45,696 nt of DNA from Klebsiella phage KP591P1: the sequence record NC_071147.1. The stretch is one strand, 5' to 3'. The notes beneath the pieces were generated by a model. The model was not told the origin of the DNA and did not search any database. It saw only the letters and a list, made by a program, of their open reading frames with translations. Shown piece by piece: positions 42,957-45,696 of the stretch (positions are counted from its first letter, which is position 1; every line of letters starts with the position of its first letter). Position numbers and translations under genes: made by a program.

Positions 42957-45696
42957 TGGCAGAAGAAGTTGGCGGCATTGTCTATGAGGTTGGCATGGAG
43001 GTCTCGGGCCTCACTGCTGGCGCTAAACAGGCAGAGGATGCACTTGACAGCATCGACAAGTCAGCGCAGAACTCATCAAAAAGTATGGATAAGCTGGATG
43101 GTGCGGCATCATCATCTGGTAAAGAGCTTTCAGCTCTGGCAAAAATTGTAAGCTCCATTGATGCAACGCTGAAGGATATGGCCTCATCGTCGAAGACTGC
43201 CGCCAGCTCAGTAGAGGCTACAACCTCCAGTGTCACCGGTGCCGAGCAGGTTATTGCAGCCCTAAACCAACAGCTCGCACAGATGCAGCAGGCGCAGGTG
43301 TCCGCGAACGCAACCGGCCTTGCACTTCAAAACTCAGTCAATCAGGTCACTCAGGCAATTCGTGCGCTTGGCGCTCAGTCAACTGAAACAGGTGGCTCAA
43401 TCTCTGGCATTGACAGAATGATTGAGAGTCTTGGAAACCAGATCGCAATCCTCGACGAACAAGCGGAAAAAGGCGCAAGAAGTGCGGCGATACTGGCTGC
43501 GCAGCTTCGTGCAGGAGATAGCGCCACTGATGCGCAGAAAGCAAAAATAGCTGAGCTTACTGGCCGTCTGTATGACATGAAAAACAGCACCGAGGTGGCT
43601 GGGAAATCAACTGGTAATTTTAAGAACGCTTTACAGCAAAGTGGCTATCAGATTCAGGACTTTGTCGTACAGGTTCAGGGCGGACAATCGGCACTAGTGG
43701 CGCTAAGCCAGCAAGGTTCTCAGCTAATCAGCGTTTTTGGGGCCGGAGGCGCAATAGCTGGCGCATTATTGACTGTGAGCACAGTTATTGCTGGTTCATT
43801 AATAGCATCTTTGGGTAACGGTAAAAATGCCATTGACGCCCTGAAAGAAGCCATAGCGACCATGGATAGCGTCGTGTCGGTTTCATCTTCTGGTGTCGCT
43901 GTCTATACCGACAAATTCGCACGGCTTGCAAAAGTCAATTCAGAGGTAGCTACCCTAATGCGCCAACAGGCGCAGCTTGAGTTACAGGCAGCCCTGTCTA
44001 AAGTATCAGCGGAAGTCACAAAGGCATCAAGTGACTTTATCGGATTTGGCGATTCGCTTGTTTCATCGCTTGGTGGTGGCTATGCCAGCGTGAAACTTTT
44101 CAATGACTACATGTCGCAGCTTAATATCACAACGAATAGCTGGACGGAAGCCATTAAACAAGCGTCAGCAGCAGGTCAGGCCGGTCAGACGTCAATGAAT
44201 GGCATGATTGCCACGGTAGGCGCGTTAGCTGGTAAATTCCAGCTCTCCGACCAGCAGGCCTTCGAATTTGCAAAACAGCTTTCTGATATTGCAAAAAACC
44301 CATCTGATGAGAAGCTAAAGGCACTTATTTCCACTCTGCAAAGAGTCGGCGAGGGAACATCCAGCGGTGCGGCAACGGCGCGGGAGTATGCAAACAGACT
44401 GCTTGAGATTGCAACCAGCAGCGCTGATGCGTCACTGCGTCTTAAGCTGCTGAGGCAAATGACGGATGAGTTAACTGACTCTCAGGATAAAGCGTTGCAG
44501 CAGGCAAGGCAGACGCTTTTCATCGAGCGCCAGACTGGCGTAGAGAAACAGAAGGCGCTCGCATGGCGTGATGCTGAGAATCAGGGGCTAAAAGCCGGGA
44601 CTCAGGCATTTCGTGACTATTACAATGTTCGCCTACAAACCTATCAGCAACAGGAGAAAAATGCACAAGCCCTGAAGGATGAGCGTAGCGCGCAAAGTGC
44701 AGCAAACTCAGAGGCAAAAAAAGCAGCCACAGAGCAGGAGAATATCGCCAATAAACTTGAGCAGCTTCGCCAGAAGTCACTGCTTACCGCTGAAAGCACA
44801 AGAGAGCTTAGCCGTGAACAGTCAATACTGGCTGCTCAGCAATCCCTTGGCAAGGGAGCTACTCAGGAGCAAATTAACCTTGCCGGGCAATATGCGGCTA
44901 AGGCATGGGATAATGCCAACGCGCTCAAGGCTCAGGCGGAGGCAGAGAAGCAAAGGGTCGAAGCTGTCAAGGGATTCGCTGCATTAAAATCGCAGACATC
45001 CCCAATGTTTGCTGTTGAAACAAATTATCAGAAAGATTTAGCAGCGCTCAATGCTTACGCAGTAGCCTACCCGCAAAAGATAGCGGAGGTTGAGCAGGCC
45101 AGAGCAGCTATTGAGGAACAATACCGCCAGCAGCGCCTTGATGCCATGTGGCAGGAGTGGAGCCAGCAGAATGCGGCCACACAAGCGGCCGCTGCTGCAT
45201 TTGATGCTTTCGGGCAAACCGCAAGCAACGCCTTGACTGGTGTTCTTACTGGCTCAATGTCTGTTAGCGAGGCTCTACAGTCAATAGGGAGCAATGTGTT
45301 AAATGCGGTTATTAACTCTTTCGTTCAGATGGGTGTGGAGTGGCTTAAATCGGTGATCATGGGACAGGCAGGAATGGCAGCAGCATCTGCCGCAACCGCC
45401 GCTCAGGCAGCAGGAATAGCAGCGGCTATGGCGCCAGCGGCAGCGATGACATCACTTGCTACTGGCGGTGCTAACGCAGTACCTGCACAGGCTGGTATTG
45501 CTTCCACTGTTGGCGTAGCTAAAGCAATGTCTGTTGCTGGAGCATTGAAAAATGGTGGCCCTGCGCAGGCTGGCTCAATGTATCAGGTCGGTGAGAATAA
45601 CCTCCCTGAAATCTTCCAGGCCAGCACAGGTAAGCAGTATATGATTCCCGGAGATTCAGGTAAGGTTATCAGCAACAAAGACCTTACCGGCGGTGG
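42956..45696 (+). CDS. tail tape measure protein (N-terminal 913 codons; ORF continues through window end into nt 1-242)
   Basis: ATG 42956 overlaps upstream TAA; long Ala/Gln-rich coiled-coil with no stop to window end; ~975 aa total. Confidence 0.75.
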   Translation, partial: MAEEVGGIVYEVGMEVSGLTAGAKQAEDALDSIDKSAQNSSKSMDKLDGAASSSGKELSALAKIVSSIDATLKDMASSSKTAASSVEATTSSVTGAEQVIAALNQQLAQMQQAQVSANATGLALQNSVNQVTQAIRALGAQSTETGGSISGIDRMIESLGNQIAILDEQAEKGARSAAILAAQLRAGDSATDAQKAKIAELTGRLYDMKNSTEVAGKSTGNFKNALQQSGYQIQDFVVQVQGGQSALVALSQQGSQLISVFGAGGAIAGALLTVSTVIAGSLIASLGNGKNAIDALKEAIATMDSVVSVSSSGVAVYTDKFARLAKVNSEVATLMRQQAQLELQAALSKVSAEVTKASSDFIGFGDSLVSSLGGGYASVKLFNDYMSQLNITTNSWTEAIKQASAAGQAGQTSMNGMIATVGALAGKFQLSDQQAFEFAKQLSDIAKNPSDEKLKALISTLQRVGEGTSSGAATAREYANRLLEIATSSADASLRLKLLRQMTDELTDSQDKALQQARQTLFIERQTGVEKQKALAWRDAENQGLKAGTQAFRDYYNVRLQTYQQQEKNAQALKDERSAQSAANSEAKKAATEQENIANKLEQLRQKSLLTAESTRELSREQSILAAQQSLGKGATQEQINLAGQYAAKAWDNANALKAQAEAEKQRVEAVKGFAALKSQTSPMFAVETNYQKDLAALNAYAVAYPQKIAEVEQARAAIEEQYRQQRLDAMWQEWSQQNAATQAAAAAFDAFGQTASNALTGVLTGSMSVSEALQSIGSNVLNAVINSFVQMGVEWLKSVIMGQAGMAAASAATAAQAAGIAAAMAPAAAMTSLATGGANAVPAQAGIASTVGVAKAMSVAGALKNGGPAQAGSMYQVGENNLPEIFQASTGKQYMIPGDSGKVISNKDLTGG

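Overview
The window is a complete, circularly closed ~45.6 kb tailed-phage (siphovirus-type) genome: the last 55 nt (45642-45696) repeat nt 1-55, and the tape-measure gene runs across this junction. No integrase, repressor or CRISPR array is visible, so it reads as a virulent phage of an enterobacterial-like host (~50% GC).

Gene order, in window coordinates:
- Tail tip and fibre genes (1-6199), ending in a beta-helix tailspike.
- A leftward replication/recombination module (6442-14268): SSB, RecA-like ATPase, PD-(D/E)XK exonuclease, VRR-NUC, DEAD-box helicase, a divergent primase, a DUF551 protein and a 496-aa replication-associated protein.
- An AT-rich region with DnaA-box-like TGGATAA repeats (14290-14766) that may be the origin and early control region.
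- A rightward early operon of about 11 small genes (14769-17941).
- terS and terL (18079-20090), then small rightward ORFs, portal and head-morphogenesis protein (22536-24903).
- A lysis cassette: lysozyme, holin-like protein, and Rz with embedded Rz1 (26418-27566).
- An HNH/Lar-like accessory block (28833-31457).
- Scaffold-like protein, major capsid protein and connector genes (31640-39894).
- A leftward cluster of three tRNAs (Met/Ile-CAU, Arg-UCU, Ser-GCU) plus a degenerate tRNA-like element (39895-40350).
- Major tail protein with an Ig-like C-terminus, a tail chaperone, and the tape-measure protein (40633-45696, wrapping to 242).

Five short leftward operons of unknown function interrupt the rightward structural genes. 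Each sits between a bidirectional terminator and a conserved promoter motif. A recurring ~12-15 bp element, TTGACGTAGATT(GAG), occurs more than 13 times in intergenic regions. It builds sigma70-like promoters by supplying a -35 (TTGACG), a -10 (TAGATT), or both when two copies sit 17 bp apart. It is often paired with a divergent extended -10 promoter (TGnTATAAT or TATGATAAAAT).

All calls come from reading the sequence: motifs, gene order and RBS/overlap logic. No database search was run.
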